From IMG/VR virus record IMGVR_UViG_3300005512_000003: a stretch of 64,000 nt of DNA. The stretch is one strand, 5' to 3'. The notes beneath the pieces are model-generated. The model saw nothing but the letters and a program-made list of their open reading frames with translations, did not search any database and was not told the origin of the DNA. Source of the stretch: a virus (lineage: Duplodnaviria > Caudoviricetes). Position numbers and translations under genes: made by a program. Shown here piece by piece: positions 16,501-26,596 of this stretch (its first letter is position 1; each line of letters starts with the position of its first letter).

Positions 16501-19500
16501 TATTTTACAACCAAACAACATATTAATATTACGGGTCAGGGAACTGGTACTCACTCATTTAACTATGAACCCATTGAAGTTAAAGTAGATGGTGTTATTG
16601 GTATTACAACATTCTCTGGTCAAGATTTTGATGCAAAACTGCAACCTATTGTAAGGGGTGAAATAACTGGGGTATCTTTGTCAAATAATGGTATTGGTTA
16701 TGGTAGCAGTGAAATCATTGGAGACAATAGACAACCATTATTTACTTTTAACAGAGGATCTGGTGCAATATTAGAACCAGTAGTTATTAATGGAACTATT
16801 ATTGAAGTTGTTATCAAATCTGGAGGATCTGGATATAACTCACCACCTTCTCTCACTGTTTTGGGTGATGGAGAAGGTGCCGAGTTAGTTCCAGTTATTA
16901 CTAATGGTGCAATCACCGACGTAGAGATTGCAAACAGTGGTTACAACTATACAAATAGTAAGACCAGTATTAGCATAACACCAGCTGGATCTGGTGCAGC
17001 ACTTCAGGCATCCATTAAGAACTGGGTAATCAACTTATTTGAAAGATCCCTGCAAGTTCCAAACATTACTGATGATGATGGATTTATCGCAGAAGGATTG
17101 AACCCAGAGTATGGTTTGCAATATTGCCACATTTATGCGCCAAGAAAGTTCAGACAAAATGTCTATAGAGAGGTTACTAGACTTGATAAGCAAGTTTTCG
17201 TTCCTGACCTTATCATTGATAGCACAACTTCTTCTGAAATAGCATCTAAAAATCACTCACCAATCATTGGATGGGCGTATGATGGTAATCCAATCTACGG
17301 ACCATATGGATATGATAAAGCAACTGGTGGAGTTGTCAGAGCAATGGTCTCTGGTTATGAAAGAGTAACACCTGATAATCGTCCCCCTGTAGGAAAGTTT
17401 CCAAAGGGATTCTTGATTGATGACTATACCTTCACTGGTAGTGGTGATCTTGACAAGTACAATGGCAGATTCTGCGTAACTCCAGAATATCCAAATGGTA
17501 CATATGCATATTTTGCCACCATTTCTAATGGTGCAGTGGAATCTGTTGGACCATTTAGAGGATACAAACTTCCTCAGTTCCCATATTTCATTGGTGATGA
17601 GTTTAGATCATCTCCGATAGATTTTAACTTTAAAAAGAATTCAAATCAAGATGACTTTGATGTCATTTCCAACAAACTTGTAAGAAATACAACTCCATAT
17701 AACACAAAGTCATCTACCCAAAGGTATCCATATTATCTTGATCCAACAACCATTCAAGAGCACAATAGTGTTATTGATGATGTCAAGGCAGGAAAGGTTG
17801 AGTCTGTTAAAGTTAAAAAAGAAGGTCTTGATTATAAAGTAGATGATATAGTTAGATTTGATAACTCTGGAACTAGTGGAAGACAAGCAGCTGCTAAAGT
17901 TTCAAGAATTAAAGGTGTAACTGTAACTGGAGTTGCAGTTTCCACAAAACAAATCACTGATATTGAGTTTAGTCAATCTGGAAGAACTGGAGTTCTTGTC
18001 GGTTATGCTACTCAACCACATGATTTTAAAAATAATGACGAAGTAACGATCAGTGGTCTTTCAACAACCAACACAGGTCTTCAAAGGTTTTTCTCCATTG
18101 AAGTTCCAAGAAATAGTCTTGTATTGAGGTCTGGCATCGGAACCACTGGTGCAACGGGCATGGTGACCTTTGTAAGCGTCTCTGGTGACCTTTCTGCTAT
18201 CGCTAGTGATGACGTTTATGTGCTTGGTGATGAGAAAGTTCGGGTCCTAAACGTTGACTCCAAGAGTTCTCGTTTGAGAGTTGAAAGAAAATATGGAGGC
18301 ACAACAGGTGCTGCACATACAGCAACAACATTTGTCACCGAAGATCCAAGAAGACTTTTTGTTAATGTTGGATATTCCGAAAAACTTGATCTGTTCCCAA
18401 ATGTCAAGCTGTATTTTGATCCAAAAGAAACGTTTGCACAACAATCTGTAGGAGTTGCATCAACTAACATTGTTTCAGTTTCTTTTGCAAATCCAGGTTC
18501 TGGTGCAACATCTGTCTCTTTAACTGCATCACAACTTTACATTCCAAATCACGGATTGAGAACTAACAGTAAGTTACTCTATAATGCAAATGGTTCAGAT
18601 GGAATCAGAGTTTCACTTGCTCTCACATCTCAGTTTGGAACTGGATTTAACGTTGGATTCAATACATTTACTCTTGCAGATAACTCCATAGTATATGCTG
18701 CAAGATTCTCTAATGATATTATTGGCATCGCTACAAATCCTATTGTTACAAATAATGCTGGAGGATTTGTTGGAATCGGATCCACAACACAAGGATTATT
18801 ATTCTTTGAGGGTTATGGGTCAGGAGATAAGCATAGTTTAGTAACCGATTATTCCAATACACTTTCTGGACTGATTAATAGAAATGTTGTAACTGTTTCT
18901 ACAGCATCAACTCATAACTTGGTTGCAAATGAAACTGTAAAACTTGACGTTTTCCCAGGAATAACAACAACTATCAAGTTGTCTTATAATGAAGTAGCAA
19001 GAAGAGTCGTTGGAAACAGACTTAACTTTGTTAAAACTGCGGTTGATTTGCTTGAGAATACAATAACGATTGAAAATCATGGATTTGTAACAGGACAAAA
19101 AGTAATATATCAATCTGCACTTTCATCTGCAGATAGAATTATTGATTCAGATACTACTGTTGATGTACCTACCGTTTTCCCATCTCCTCTTGAGGTAGAA
19201 AAACCATTTACTCTTAGGGCAACATTAAATGGTGTTATTATTGTTGACGCTGATGCTATTCCTAGCAACAGCATCTTCTACGTTGTTGTTGAAGACTACA
19301 ATACGATTAAACTTGCATCTACTTATTACAATGCAGTAAAGAGCAATCCAGAAATTGTTGATATGATCTCCAATACTTTTGGTGATCTTGCTCCTATCAA
19401 TCCTCCTGTCGCACTTATTAGAAATCAAACTGTAGAGTTTGATCTTTCAGATTCTTCATTGTCTTACAGAAGAGGATCTATTGATTATCCTGCATTTGAG

Positions 19501-22500
19501 TTTAACCTTTTCACAGATTCAAACTTTAAAAATAAGTTCTTCTCAAGTACTGCTACATCAAACTTTGAAGTAACGTCTACAGGAAAAATTGGAACATCTG
19601 GTGCTAAAGTTTCTGTATTAGTATCAGATAATCTGCCTAAGAATCTTTATTATAAGTTGGATCCTGTTGATGTAATAAACACTCCAGAATCTAAACAGCA
19701 AATATTAGTTGATGATGAGAATGTACCCAATAACAATGCCATCATTATTACAACTAGTATATTCAGTGGTAATCATAGAGTCACTGGAGTCGGTACAACT
19801 TCTATTCAGTATAATGTTCTACTAAGACCTGAAAAAGAAAGTTATAATAGATCTGAAGCAGTCATGACATATGATACTGCTTCAAGAAGAGCTATTGGAC
19901 CTATCAGTGAGGTTTCTGTAAGAAGTGGAGGCAGGGGATATGAAGTTCTTCCTGCAATCACAAGTATTGGATCTACATGGGGAAGAAATGCAATATTAGA
20001 ACCAACATCAGATTCTATTGGTAGAGTCAAATCTTATTGCATTAATGACATTGGATTTGATTATCCATCTGATCCAACTTTAAGACCAACTCTAAACATT
20101 CCTCAGGTTCTAAAACTGGAACCTCTAACCACTATTGAGAGAATTGGAATAACCTCAGTTGGAGTTGGATACGGAATCGCTCCAGACTTAGTTTTCATTG
20201 ATGGTAATACTGGAAAAGTTGTAGACGTTGATCTATCTTATAATATTGGAGATCGTTTCGTAACTATTCGCAAGAATAGCACCGAAATATACAATACAAC
20301 TCCAGCGATTATTCCCATCAATAATACAAATGGTGTTGGTATTAGTTCTATATTCTATGATAGTGGATTAAAAACTGTTGAGATAATCTTAGATACAGTT
20401 GGTTATAGCACCTCCAGTGCATTCCCATTTGATGTTGGGGACAAAGTTTTTATTGAAAATGTAAGTGTTGGTGTTGGTAGTACTGGAAAAGGATTCAACT
20501 CTGTAAACTATGAGTATAAGTTGTTCACTGTTACATCAACCGATCCAAACATAGGTGGAGCAGAACCAAGAGTTAAGTATAGTCTTGATGGCGACTTAAC
20601 TGATGGAAAAGTACCTGGATTGTTTGATGCTGCCAACTCTGCTGGTAGAATCATTCCAGAAAAATATTTCCCCATCTTTAATGTAACTCTTAGAAAAAAC
20701 ACCTTTATTGAAGGTGAAACGATAAAGAGTGGATCAAAAGAAGGTATTGTTGAAAGTTGGAACTTTAGAGGAGATGACCTGAACGTAAGAGTTACCTCTG
20801 ATGATTTCTTTGAAGTTAATGATACTGTAAGAGGAACTACAAGTGGTTCTGTTGCAGCGATATCATCTAATAAGATGTATAAGGCGAACTATACAACAAA
20901 AGCAACAAGTATCGTCGAAAATGGATTCAATCAAGATACTGGAGTCCTGAACCTTGATTTACAAAGACTTCACGATAATGATTATTATCAGTATTTCTCA
21001 TACTCTGTAAAATCAGAAGTAGATCTTGAAGATTGGGACAATGCTGTAAGTGCTCTCGATCACACTGCTGGATTTAAGAAGTTTAGTGATCTTCAACTGG
21101 TATCTGCAGGTGCAACTGATAGAGATGGAAACTCTGGTATTAGAACAGACCAAAATGATGGTGACTTCTTAGGAATTGCCAACATTGATCAAGAGATTGA
21201 TCTTAACTGTGTCAATGATTTTGATTTGGCGACAGAGAATAACATCTTTATTGATGGTCAAGTTCGTTCCGATGAAATAATTCTAAACTCTAGAGAGATT
21301 CAAGATTACTTTGAATCTGTTGGAAACAGAGTTCTGATGATTGACGACATCAGTGATCAGTTCAATGACAGACCAAGACCTACAAGATACTCAGTTATTG
21401 ATGAGTTCCCCATTGTTGGCGACAACGTAATCAGAGCAAGGAAGTATCTCCTCTTCATTCGCGACAGAAGATTTACTGAAACTAGAGAAAACATCTTTGT
21501 TTCTATTCTTCACGACAATACTTTTGGATATCTTAACCAGTATGGTCGAGTTGAAACTGTCGAAGATATGGGTTACTTCGACTTTGATATTGTCAATGGA
21601 AATGGAAGACTTTTGTTCTACCCTGAAAAGTTCAGAGTAAACAACTTTGATATTACATTTACCGCATATGGTGTTAAAGATGGAATTCTTGGTGTCGGCG
21701 CAACAGCACTTGGTGATGTAGCTGAAATCAGAACAACTCAGGTTGGTGTTGAAACTGGAAAAGTAACTCCTATTGTTTCTATTGCAAACACTTATAGGGC
21801 GTCTAAACTCCTGATTGAGATTACTACTGATGATCAACGTTATGAATTTGATGAGTTCACTCTCATCCACGATGGAAATAACAACTGCGGTGAGATTGAA
21901 GCAGTAGAATATGCTCAGTTAACCACTCACTCTCGCGATGATGCAAGTAGTGTTGGTCTTGGAACTTACAGTCTTGTATGTGGTGCAGGAAACACTCAAT
22001 CTTATGATGTTGGTTTAAGCACAGCATTGTTTGCTACTCTGACTGGTTTCTCCACTGCTGTTAGCGGAACTGGTATTGGAACTGATGGCGGATTCTCAAT
22101 CGGACAGCACCTCAAAATCACAGGAACAACTGGCATAGGAACTTCGGCAAGAGTTGCTATATCAACCGCCTTGGATCTTCAAACAGTAGACACATTTGTG
22201 TTAACTGGTGTTGCTGGTAATGATAACAATGGTGGTTCACGACCAATGACCGCTATTGGTAGAAATGAATCTTTGAAACTTCAATATAGCACTAATGGAG
22301 GAACAACTTTTGTCGGTCTTGGTACGATTATTGGATCAACAGATGTTTCTGCTCCTCTCAGGACATATGAGATTTCACTTCCAACTGAAGCAAGAACATC
22401 TTCAACCATTATTAGACTTGAGCAACCAACTTCAAATGGTGGCACTGATGATGAGTTTGGTATTACTCATATTGGATTTACCAATACAACCATTGAACAA

Positions 22501-25500
22501 AATGATATTGTAGTTAACTTCCACCCATATGCTGGAGTTGCTTGCACGGTTGATGTTTTAAGAGTATCCATTGCTGACACCACAGCAACTGGTATTGGTA
22601 CAACCACTCTTAATACTGCTATTATTGATTCTCACTATACATCCATTGCATCTACTGACTCTCCTGTAGCAAATGTCGTTGCAACCTATGATGCTACTGT
22701 CTACAACGGTGGTTACTACATTGTAACTGTTGAAGACCTTACAAATGGATGGTCTCAGGTTTCTGAGTTGATGGTTGCAAACAACGAAGAGTTCAACAAT
22801 ATCACCGAGTTTGGTGAGATTATCACTATGGTAACTCTTGGTGAGTTTGGTGTACAAAGGACCGCAGACACCGTTCAGGTGACCTTTGAACCCAATCCAG
22901 ACGCTGATATGGAGGTCAGAGTCTTCCAGAACGCAATGCGCCTTGTAGATCCTCTGAACGGGGTTACAACGATTGATCTGAATCAGGGTACAGTTCAAAC
23001 AGGAGCAGCAGAATACTTCGGAACTGAAAATGATATTAAGCGTTCCTTTGAGTTAACTCATCAGTCACGCCCAATCTTTAGAAGAGTAATTAATCCAACT
23101 GCTGCAGGTATTGTAAGTATAACTGATAATACTATCAGAATACCCCAAAACTTCTTCGTAACTGGTGAGGAGGTAGAGTACACTGCAGCTGATAGGTTCA
23201 TTCAACCAGATCCTATCGGAATTGCCACAACCACTATTGCTGGCGTATCTACGGATAAGTTGCCATCTACTCTTTATATTGTAAAGGTTGATGAGTTAAA
23301 TGTTCAGGTTGCTGCTAGTGCTTCAGAGGCATTATCAGTTCCTCCATCAGTATTAGACATCACTTCTGTTGGTGTTGGAACGATTCATAGATTTGATGCT
23401 AAGAAGCAAAAAACGAAAGGTCTGATTGCTCTTGACAATATGATTCAGTCTCCTATTGCAGACACTAGTGTCTCAGTGGGTCTTGTCACAACAGTTCGAC
23501 CAACTACCGACAGAATCACTCTTTCTGGAATCACTTCAATCTTTGCTGGCGATCTACTACAGATAAATGATGAGATTATGAGAGTTGCCACGGTTGGCGT
23601 GGGAACAACAAATGTACTGATTGTTAACAGACCTTGGATGGGTACTGGACTTGGTACTCACCAGAGTGGTGACACCGTTACGAAGATTATTGGTAACTAT
23701 AACATTCAGGATAACCAACTTCACTTTGCTGCAGCACCTTACGGAGCATATCCTCTCAGCACGACTAGTGGATCCGTAGATGAAAGAGATTGGACAGGAG
23801 TTACTACACATACCACCTTTAGTGGAAGAATCTTCACTAGAACTTCTCAAGAAGGATCTGATCTTGAACCATATACTTACAACACAATTTTTGATGATAT
23901 CTCAGAAGAGTTCAATGGTATCACAACATCATTTGTTCTCACCTCTGGTAAAAACAACGTAACAAACGTTGCTGAAGATAATGGCATTGTTCTCATTAGA
24001 GACATCTATCAAGGTCCAAGAAGAGCAGATGATATTGTTGTTATTGGTGGAGATTATGAACTAACTGAAGGATCTGGTATTACCACTGCAATATTCCAAG
24101 AACAAGATCTTGGAGTTAAGTATGATAATAACACAAACAAGATACCCCGTGGTGGTCTGATTGTTTCTGTTGGTTCAACACAAAGTCGTGGTTATCAACC
24201 TCTGATTGGTGCAGGAGCAACTGCTACTGTATCTGGTGGGGCAATCACTACTATTTCTATTGGAAACACTGGTTCTGGTTACAGAGAATGGTATGGAACT
24301 GAAACTTTAGTTCGTGCATATAATCCAGTTACTGGAACTTCTTCAACTGTTGGTGTAGCAACAGTATTTGATGGACATATTACTGGAGTAAGATTAGATT
24401 CTCCAGGAACTGGATATTCATCAGCAGATCTCCCAACTATTTCAATTGATCCCCCAGCAGGATATGCAAGTATCCCAATGGTATACTCCAATGATTATCC
24501 AAATAATAGTGGAGTTGGAACTGGTTTAGTTGTTGATATAACGGTCGGACAAGGTTCAACTGTCATTGATTTTGATATTGTAAACTATGGATTTGGATAT
24601 AGGCAGGGAGACATTCTCACTATTCCTAGAACTGGTATTGGAAGTATACCTCTGGACAGTGGCATTGGACATATTGAGTTTACTCTTACTGTACAAAAAA
24701 CTTATAAGGATGAGTTTAGTGGGTGGGCTCTTGGAAACTTCCAAAGGTTTGATGATATTTCGGACCTCTTTAACGGGTTTAGAACAGAGTTCCCAATCAA
24801 GATTAATGGAGTAAGAACTTCTATCCGTGCAAGAACTGGTTCTCAACTAGACGTTCAGGCATCACTGCTTGTTTTCATTAATGATATTTTACAAGTTCCT
24901 GGTGAAGGTTACATCTTTAATGGTGGTTCTACTATCACCTTTACAGAAGCTCCTATGGGATATGACGCAAGTGCTCCATATAATGGAGATACTGTCAAGA
25001 TTATATTCTACAGAGGCACAAAAGATGTTGACGTTGTTTTCGTAGACATCCTTGAGACTATTAAAGTAGGTGATACTGTTGAACTTTATGATGACTATCC
25101 CGTCTATGATGAGGATCCAAGACTTGTTGTTGATATCACTGCAACAGATACATTAGAAACCAATGTATATCCTGGTCCTGGAATATCAACAGATCTCTCA
25201 TATAAGAGAGCACTGCAATGGTGCAGACAAACTGAAGATTTGATTATTAATGATCAACCTGTTGCTAAAGATAGAGAAATCTACAAGGCACTTGTAAACC
25301 CAGCAGCTGCTATTCTTCAGGATGTTGGTGTTGGTGATACAACAATCTATGTTGAGAACGTTAAGACTTTCTTTGATAGCACCAAAGAAAATGCACAAAA
25401 CCTTATTGAGAACACTATTGAGATTATTGACCAAGACGCAGTATGTGCTGCCGCTGCTACCGCTGTAGTATCTGCTGCTGGAACCATCTCTTCCATCGTT

Positions 25501-26571
25501 CTTACAGATCCAGTAACTGGACTTGGAACCACTGGTGCTGGTGGTGCTGGATATCTTGCTGCACCAGATGTATCAATATCCCTTCCAACAGGAATCGGTA
25601 CAACTGGAAGAGCGGAAGCAACTGCTAATATCAGTAATGGTATTGTAACTAGCTTTACGATTACAAATCCAGGTTATGGGTATACATTTACCAATGTTCC
25701 TTTAGTAATGATATCCGAACCAGAATCTCACAAAGAGACTGTTCTTGGTAAAGGGTATAGTGGTGATTTTGGTGTTATTGTTGGTATTGCAACTACAACA
25801 ATCGTTGGAACTGCAACTACTGGCGTCAAAGGTTTGGTTCTCAATCTTGACATTGAAGATGACTCATTCTTGCGTGATCCAGATTACGTTGGAACTGCAA
25901 TCAGTGAGACTAGAATAGAGGTTGGAGACTACTTCGCTATCAGTAACTCCAACTTGGGACTTGGATTGACTGCACTTAGATATGGCGATGGTTCTGTTAT
26001 CAGTTATGGATCTACATTCTTTGATGGAATCTATCAGGTTGCTAATGTTGCGTATGGATCTTCTTTAGCAGGAACTCTTATTGAAGAAACTCGTTATGTA
26101 ACCATTGATCCAGAAATATTTGATAGTCCTGTTGTGGTTGGTCCAAATGACCCAGATGGAACTCTAATAACAGCACCACTATATACCTTTAGCATAACAG
26201 AAACCATTGACAGTCCAGTAGAAATTGACACTTCTTCCACTGCAAGAGTCTTGAATGGAGTAACAATCACTATTGATGATATTGCTAGAACATCTCTGAT
26301 TCTCACAGAGACTGGAAGAGCAATTATTGGTGATAGAGTTCCTTCAAGAATCACAGTTCGTGTTGAAGACTTTAATGGAGTTGAAACTCAATATCATCCA
26401 GGAAGTTACAAGGGTAGATTCTACGGTGATTATAGTTGGGGTAAGATTGACATTCCTACAAGGACTTCTACAAGAGACTTTGTTGGATATGCAACCGAAG
26501 GTTATGTCGGACTTTCCTCTTCACCATTCGTAAGAAGAAAGAATCCACTTAAGACTATCAACTATCTTTGA
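13576..26571 (+). CDS. g7: giant baseplate wedge initiator gp7 (4331 aa)
   Basis: Lies between g6 and g8; SQLPAFVRED..FL.EYY, FYESKGT..SF..LF, DNDYYQYFSY..HTAGFK motifs. Confidence 0.85.
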   Translation: MVKRVKISSVIESQLPAFVREDFPRVAEFLQEYYRSLDSQSGTLDLLHNIDKYVKVEEMTNLNHETTLTSNVSRFDNTIEVADTTDFPETYGLIQINSEVITYTGKTSTSFTGCVRGFSGITSYRSQNKPDSLVFSDTAIGKHSSGATVKNLSTLFFKEFLRKTKNQVTPGFEDRELYSGINQNLFIKQSRDFYESKGTDQSFEILFRALYGKDVEILKPRDNLFQPSDAQYSVTQDLVVEAVTGDPLNLQNKTLFQDAGSGFEEARGSVTKSEQFVKDGKTYYKLSLDYDFDKDINVFGSLFGEFQVHPKTRVITAVSAGATILDVDSTVGFGTNGTLVIDSSAGTATEVTYTSKTLNQFFGCANVPDVLSETEARTNVTAYGYQGPGATNPITVRVGAVLSDIEFDPTTNGLKDKDSLKIDSLGKRALDSKSNNWIFNIPAVYDIKSVTLVDSSDFTYRFQTFDALTLYDGDSIDVLTQTGVRITSQITSIENENTFQVRVGQQLIETQKHTIFKNLTKVNATNFPQTNDNNANVQNAYLDGNDDLYIASPSLPAYFRQELKVKDRSISFSGTYTDAEVIDIGFHGLYTGDSVVYIPGSGTNKLNIDAGTYFVKRVSSNEVSLYRSRANIFNNVFIAITGTVTDNKFELFRLSGQTLESQKLIRKFPPPEDSQFINKTTAGQIGMLVNGVEILNYKSPDSIFYGPIENIIVTSPGSGYDVVNPPILGITDPVGTAATGLIAVEGSFEEIRVVDGGFDYIGTPVITVTGGGGRGATAEADMLTVKHVNNFNAFGDSGRVDLSNNTIGFSSFHKFRNGEAVIYSTGGASNVGGISTDSEYFVSTLESDTYIKLHYTESDAIAGINTVNLTSYGEGTHSFTAVKRKRVINSIKVTNAGSGYKNRAIQVSSSNINTYSDTIFSKNHGYSDGDLLVYSSTGISADGLDEGSKYYVTRVDGDSFRLSPVGVGTTVAKDFYFTTKQHINITGQGTGTHSFNYEPIEVKVDGVIGITTFSGQDFDAKLQPIVRGEITGVSLSNNGIGYGSSEIIGDNRQPLFTFNRGSGAILEPVVINGTIIEVVIKSGGSGYNSPPSLTVLGDGEGAELVPVITNGAITDVEIANSGYNYTNSKTSISITPAGSGAALQASIKNWVINLFERSLQVPNITDDDGFIAEGLNPEYGLQYCHIYAPRKFRQNVYREVTRLDKQVFVPDLIIDSTTSSEIASKNHSPIIGWAYDGNPIYGPYGYDKATGGVVRAMVSGYERVTPDNRPPVGKFPKGFLIDDYTFTGSGDLDKYNGRFCVTPEYPNGTYAYFATISNGAVESVGPFRGYKLPQFPYFIGDEFRSSPIDFNFKKNSNQDDFDVISNKLVRNTTPYNTKSSTQRYPYYLDPTTIQEHNSVIDDVKAGKVESVKVKKEGLDYKVDDIVRFDNSGTSGRQAAAKVSRIKGVTVTGVAVSTKQITDIEFSQSGRTGVLVGYATQPHDFKNNDEVTISGLSTTNTGLQRFFSIEVPRNSLVLRSGIGTTGATGMVTFVSVSGDLSAIASDDVYVLGDEKVRVLNVDSKSSRLRVERKYGGTTGAAHTATTFVTEDPRRLFVNVGYSEKLDLFPNVKLYFDPKETFAQQSVGVASTNIVSVSFANPGSGATSVSLTASQLYIPNHGLRTNSKLLYNANGSDGIRVSLALTSQFGTGFNVGFNTFTLADNSIVYAARFSNDIIGIATNPIVTNNAGGFVGIGSTTQGLLFFEGYGSGDKHSLVTDYSNTLSGLINRNVVTVSTASTHNLVANETVKLDVFPGITTTIKLSYNEVARRVVGNRLNFVKTAVDLLENTITIENHGFVTGQKVIYQSALSSADRIIDSDTTVDVPTVFPSPLEVEKPFTLRATLNGVIIVDADAIPSNSIFYVVVEDYNTIKLASTYYNAVKSNPEIVDMISNTFGDLAPINPPVALIRNQTVEFDLSDSSLSYRRGSIDYPAFEFNLFTDSNFKNKFFSSTATSNFEVTSTGKIGTSGAKVSVLVSDNLPKNLYYKLDPVDVINTPESKQQILVDDENVPNNNAIIITTSIFSGNHRVTGVGTTSIQYNVLLRPEKESYNRSEAVMTYDTASRRAIGPISEVSVRSGGRGYEVLPAITSIGSTWGRNAILEPTSDSIGRVKSYCINDIGFDYPSDPTLRPTLNIPQVLKLEPLTTIERIGITSVGVGYGIAPDLVFIDGNTGKVVDVDLSYNIGDRFVTIRKNSTEIYNTTPAIIPINNTNGVGISSIFYDSGLKTVEIILDTVGYSTSSAFPFDVGDKVFIENVSVGVGSTGKGFNSVNYEYKLFTVTSTDPNIGGAEPRVKYSLDGDLTDGKVPGLFDAANSAGRIIPEKYFPIFNVTLRKNTFIEGETIKSGSKEGIVESWNFRGDDLNVRVTSDDFFEVNDTVRGTTSGSVAAISSNKMYKANYTTKATSIVENGFNQDTGVLNLDLQRLHDNDYYQYFSYSVKSEVDLEDWDNAVSALDHTAGFKKFSDLQLVSAGATDRDGNSGIRTDQNDGDFLGIANIDQEIDLNCVNDFDLATENNIFIDGQVRSDEIILNSREIQDYFESVGNRVLMIDDISDQFNDRPRPTRYSVIDEFPIVGDNVIRARKYLLFIRDRRFTETRENIFVSILHDNTFGYLNQYGRVETVEDMGYFDFDIVNGNGRLLFYPEKFRVNNFDITFTAYGVKDGILGVGATALGDVAEIRTTQVGVETGKVTPIVSIANTYRASKLLIEITTDDQRYEFDEFTLIHDGNNNCGEIEAVEYAQLTTHSRDDASSVGLGTYSLVCGAGNTQSYDVGLSTALFATLTGFSTAVSGTGIGTDGGFSIGQHLKITGTTGIGTSARVAISTALDLQTVDTFVLTGVAGNDNNGGSRPMTAIGRNESLKLQYSTNGGTTFVGLGTIIGSTDVSAPLRTYEISLPTEARTSSTIIRLEQPTSNGGTDDEFGITHIGFTNTTIEQNDIVVNFHPYAGVACTVDVLRVSIADTTATGIGTTTLNTAIIDSHYTSIASTDSPVANVVATYDATVYNGGYYIVTVEDLTNGWSQVSELMVANNEEFNNITEFGEIITMVTLGEFGVQRTADTVQVTFEPNPDADMEVRVFQNAMRLVDPLNGVTTIDLNQGTVQTGAAEYFGTENDIKRSFELTHQSRPIFRRVINPTAAGIVSITDNTIRIPQNFFVTGEEVEYTAADRFIQPDPIGIATTTIAGVSTDKLPSTLYIVKVDELNVQVAASASEALSVPPSVLDITSVGVGTIHRFDAKKQKTKGLIALDNMIQSPIADTSVSVGLVTTVRPTTDRITLSGITSIFAGDLLQINDEIMRVATVGVGTTNVLIVNRPWMGTGLGTHQSGDTVTKIIGNYNIQDNQLHFAAAPYGAYPLSTTSGSVDERDWTGVTTHTTFSGRIFTRTSQEGSDLEPYTYNTIFDDISEEFNGITTSFVLTSGKNNVTNVAEDNGIVLIRDIYQGPRRADDIVVIGGDYELTEGSGITTAIFQEQDLGVKYDNNTNKIPRGGLIVSVGSTQSRGYQPLIGAGATATVSGGAITTISIGNTGSGYREWYGTETLVRAYNPVTGTSSTVGVATVFDGHITGVRLDSPGTGYSSADLPTISIDPPAGYASIPMVYSNDYPNNSGVGTGLVVDITVGQGSTVIDFDIVNYGFGYRQGDILTIPRTGIGSIPLDSGIGHIEFTLTVQKTYKDEFSGWALGNFQRFDDISDLFNGFRTEFPIKINGVRTSIRARTGSQLDVQASLLVFINDILQVPGEGYIFNGGSTITFTEAPMGYDASAPYNGDTVKIIFYRGTKDVDVVFVDILETIKVGDTVELYDDYPVYDEDPRLVVDITATDTLETNVYPGPGISTDLSYKRALQWCRQTEDLIINDQPVAKDREIYKALVNPAAAILQDVGVGDTTIYVENVKTFFDSTKENAQNLIENTIEIIDQDAVCAAAATAVVSAAGTISSIVLTDPVTGLGTTGAGGAGYLAAPDVSISLPTGIGTTGRAEATANISNGIVTSFTITNPGYGYTFTNVPLVMISEPESHKETVLGKGYSGDFGVIVGIATTTIVGTATTGVKGLVLNLDIEDDSFLRDPDYVGTAISETRIEVGDYFAISNSNLGLGLTALRYGDGSVISYGSTFFDGIYQVANVAYGSSLAGTLIEETRYVTIDPEIFDSPVVVGPNDPDGTLITAPLYTFSITETIDSPVEIDTSSTARVLNGVTITIDDIARTSLILTETGRAIIGDRVPSRITVRVEDFNGVETQYHPGSYKGRFYGDYSWGKIDIPTRTSTRDFVGYATEGYVGLSSSPFVRRKNPLKTINYL

Positions 26572-26596
26572 TAAATAAGTAAAAAACTCATAAGAA

